64,000 nt of DNA. It comes from Antedon mediterranea. Its lineage: Eukaryota; Animalia; Echinodermata. The notes below the pieces were generated by a model, which had not been told where the DNA came from, made no database searches, and worked only from the letters and a program-made list of their open reading frames with translations. Where the stretch lies: the NCBI RefSeq assembly GCF_964355755.1, contig NC_092672.1, positions 25,550,437 through 25,614,436 of the forward strand, read 5' to 3'. Position numbers and translations under genes: made by a program. Shown here in pieces: positions 60,301 to 64,000 of this stretch (position 1 is the stretch's first letter; the number at the start of each line of letters is the position of its first letter).

Positions 60301-63300
60301 ACATTTCACATGATTCTTTTTTAAACATTCAGACTATTCAGATAATTGACTATACAAGCAACATGCTTTGTTAGCTTAGAAACAGTTACTTAGCAACAAT
60401 ACATGTAACAGCCTAATAAAAATGTGCAACCTGAAAAAGAATAAATTATAGATCCCTCAATAAAGCAAATAAAAAATGAAGAAAATTAATCATTGTCCTA
60501 CATGTATGTTTATCATCAAAATGCTGTAAAGCGTAAAAGACTCTACTGTAAAATCACAGTTCGCAATGAAAAAGAAAACCATCAAAATTAATGAGGAGAA
60601 TTTGACTTTATTTTTTACTTACTTAGATATAGTTACAATTACATTAAAATACAGAAAGGAATAGCCCAAAACAGTTTCAAAATAATATTTATTTAATGCA
60701 CTATAAATGGTTTATAAGCATGACTTCAAGGTATTGATAATGTTAATGAGTGTGAACTCAAATATTGAAGTTATGGGTATGAACTTAAAACATTGATTTA
60801 GTTATTGAGTATGAATTGGAGCTAGCTTGGTGGAAACGTACTTGCCTTCCAATCCCAGTTTGGGGTTCAATACTGACCTAGTGCCAGGGTTGCAATTTTT
60901 TCAAATCCACTCCATAAGATTGATAAGCCTTAAATAAGACGTAGTATACTGTATAAGCATGAATGATAATATATAAAATAGTTTATCCATCCTGTAATTG
61001 TTGGATGCGTATGAAATTAAAAAAAACCATGAATGTGAACTTTAATATCAATTATAGACATTTGTTATGTATTTTTGCACATTTGATATAGTATTATAAC
61101 ATAATGTACACTGAATTATTTATGTTCATTTCCATATTATGCTAACACATTCAATAGAATTCTTTTTCTAGTGTATGTACAGTAGTGCATTTTACAATGG
61201 ACAAGTAAAGTAATTGATCTTGAAATGGTTCAATGATGGACCAGAATGTGTTGAAATTATATAGCAAAATGTGTTTTAATTCATTAAGACCTACTTGTTT
61301 ATACTTATAGACAGAGAGGGGAGGGTATGGGTAGGCCTATACATTGCTAACTGTGAATTTATATTCATATTAATTTATTATCCAGAAAAATAAAAACAAT
61401 AATACAAAAAGCATAAATTACATGAAACAAAAACAAGCATAGAAAAACGCAGAACACTATCGTGGCGGATTGTCAAAAAGCAAAAATATCGCTATAATAG
61501 ACTCTCCTGAGAATTTAGTGATGTATATGGTATAACTGCAGCATTTAAAGTGAAACTGTACAGAGGACACTTACAGGACAATTACAGGTGAGATTAATCA
61601 GGTATACTGTACACTGTTTAAGTAGCAGCAAGTAGCAGGTGGATGTATCTATGACTTTACAGAAGACACATACTGTAGCAAAATTCCAGGTGGATATATA
61701 ATAGCAAATAACAGGTGGATATGTACAATTTAAAGAGCCGCTGAATGTACAGACGGCACATTACAAGTGGATACAGTGTCAATTGTACATAACAGATTAA
61801 CATTGATCAAGTGCTACATGTAACATGCGTATAGCAAAACAGGTGGATATGATATAAAGTTTTTAAACTTTACAGAGATGGCATATACTGTAGTGCAAAT
61901 TAGGTGAAGAGAGTATAACTGCATAAAATTAAAAGTACAGGTTAGGCTATTTCATAAAAGGGCACTGTAGCAATTATGGCCGATACTGTACACAAGCGCC
62001 TATTAAAGTTGTATACTATTATATGAACTGTACATAACAAGGCCTACTTTGAAAGCGATACAGACAACAAATAGCAAATTACATGTGAATATAGCGCTAT
62101 AATTAACGTGCCTTGGATGTAACCACATCGGTGCTTTCTTTGCCTCTTTTTTGCAGATTTTGGTGGCTTAGCCTGCTTTGCAGATCCCTTCACTGGTTTT
62201 AAAACTTCACAAACAAACAAGAATAAATTGAAAATCAAAAGATCTATAAGTGTATCTATAAAATCTAACTATAATTTGATTTAGACTCAAAGAAATATAA
62301 TATTAGTGCAATTGAAAAATAATATGGTCTAAATACCCTAAATGCTCATTTACACTAGGACGATAATGATCAACGATACAAATATAAATATACATTTGTC
62401 CTAAATAAAACAACAGAAATCAAAAAAGTTTTAGGATAAAGATCTGCTGCCTTTGATGAAAATCATATTTTCACACGTCCAACAATCAAATGACGTCATA
62501 ATTAGTAAGAGCAATAATATCGTGATGAATGATTTTATTGCGCTTATTGATCATGACATCATTAGATTGGATTTAAACAAATAGTATTTTTATCAAAGAC
62601 AGCGTTTATGGTTATCCTACAGTTCTATAGTAAAAAACTTGTTAGATTTCTTTTGTTTTATCCATTTATCGTCCATCGTTATCGTCTTATTGTGTCTCAG
62701 CCTTTACTCAAAAGCGAAATGTCAGGTTTAAATCCTTCCAAGAAAATTAAGCAAGAAATTCATGGTATGTTCAGACTCACAGAGTTTAAGGTACAGTAGT
62801 GTTATACAGTTGGATTACTCTACTTCAGTATATATACTTTTACAAAATGAATTTAAACAAGACAAAGTAATTAGAAAATTCATTGTGTGTTTAATAATTA
62901 TGTTCAAAATTAATATCATTGAAAACATCAGTGGATTTACTAAAAGGTAACATTGTATCAAAGATCTGTAAACCACTGTACGATGTAAAATGTTCTACTT
63001 GTAGACCATGTATTTCATCATTTACATGGAATGTTGATCATTGTGTTGAACATGTTTTTTAATGCCATGGACTACTGTAGGCCTTGCATTAGATCATAAA
63101 CCTTTATACACCGAGTCTGAACATACCTTTAAGCTTGGTTCCTACTTGAGAGACAACAACGCAATGACATAGACTCAACACAAGTGAGTTGACCAATTAC
63201 AAGTTAAGTTCAAATAATACATTGCTTGTGATTCGTCAAATCCTTGCATTGAGTCTTAGTGAGAATCAAGTATTAATATCGGATGAGCTGTTTCGATATT

Positions 63301-64000
63301 TGCTTGTTTGTTTTTGTTTGTTATAATATAAAAATTTCATACCGATATCTACTTGGTGTTGAATCATCTGTTCGTATCTTCGTTGTTGTAGTTGTTTTAG
63401 GTTGGACACGCTGTAAACCGACGCCGTATGCCATAAGTATGACTTTTGTCCCTCGCTTAGGTTAGGATGTTGAAGAAGCTGGCTGTTACTGAAGGCATCA
63501 GGTATATTGACAACCCGTTTAAGAGGAGGTCTGAAGGCAGAGAAGGGTCTGAGGTATTCAACATAGCCTGGATGATCTGGTGTGTACTGACTGGTGATGT
63601 GGCATGATTTTGGTCGGTTATTTTTAGGCTTAGCGCTTCCTATTTAGTAAAAAAAAAACATTAACTTCAATGATATAATATTTACAGTTTTATACAAGGC
63701 AGGCTTCTTTTTACTGTTGACAATTATGATAGGCTTTATTGAACTGTTATTGCCTCTCCACCAAGGTAGGTCAAGACACAACTTCGCACTGATTACTAGC
63801 TGTGTTTTGGGTGTATGTTTCCATACGTATTTGATATAAAAATGACCCGGGTATTTATAACATGTACAGCGCTTAGATTTCACAACAATAGATAGAATTT
63901 ATAAATCAAGAGAATATTATTATATAAATATTATTAACACATGCAATGTAGTGTAAGTGTAAGATTCTTTTTTGTGGTTCTCGAAACTTACCTGCAGTCT
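57381..64000 (-). CDS. FAM216A: FAM216-family protein with long Lys/Glu-rich C-terminus, 3' exons (5' part beyond window)
   Basis: Exons >64000-63992, 63639-63343, (62204-62112, GC donor, possibly a cassette), 59896-59701, 58702-58551 and 58183-57381 (TAG); phases are compatible. Exon 63639-63343 encodes VVNIPDAFSNSQLLQHPNLSEGQKSYLWHTASVYSVSNLKQLQQRRYEQMIQHQ, which aligns by eye with human FAM216A TIHLSKSMMEASFFKHPDLTTGQKRYLCSIAKIYNANYLKMLMKRQYMHVLQH (recalled). Its position next to VPS29 supports the call. Confidence 0.82.
58834..59148 (+). mobile_element. Full-length tRNA-derived SINE (Meta-domain type)
   Basis: It has an A-box gtggccgagcggttaag, a B-box ggttcgaggc, the central ggataagaactataaaccgtaggtcc...tgcactttaaagaacc and a simple-repeat tail (aatttc)n. 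Confidence 0.8.
60818..61010 (+). mobile_element. Degenerate tRNA-derived SINE; its 3' part is also present at about 33370-33470
   Basis: It has a gctagcttggtgg..ggggttcaatac head. The segment aaaatagtttatc(c/t)atcctgtaattg is shared with 33389-33414. Confidence 0.5.

Overview
AT-rich, intron-rich animal genomic DNA, most likely a marine invertebrate deuterostome. An echinoderm is only my guess from composition and repeat families; the species cannot be determined from the sequence. I reconstructed five spliced genes by hand using splice signals and frame continuity: the 3' part of a CCDC63/ODAD1 outer-dynein-arm docking gene (+, 1450-5990), a complete PPTC7 (+, 7227-15570), a complete 13-exon RAD9 (-, 40776-21907), a complete VPS29 (+, 48462-52756), and the 3' part of a FAM216-family gene (-, >64000-57381) whose conserved exon is missing from the supplied ORF track. 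The order PPTC7-RAD9-VPS29-FAM216, with CCDC63 adjacent, matches my recollection of human 12q24.11, and the orientations of those four genes also match. The head-to-head RAD9/VPS29 promoter interval is filled by about 7 kb of nested DNA transposons: an Academ-type element carrying a 3.1-kb Mutator-like foldback element and a Tc1/mariner-type MITE. The introns contain many MITEs, LINE 3' fragments, tRNA-derived SINEs and two unrelated 53-bp tandem arrays, and a 5S rRNA-derived sequence lies between PPTC7 and RAD9. I found no CRISPR array, no prokaryotic system and no convincing novel multi-gene system. All family assignments come from recalled motifs, not database searches.
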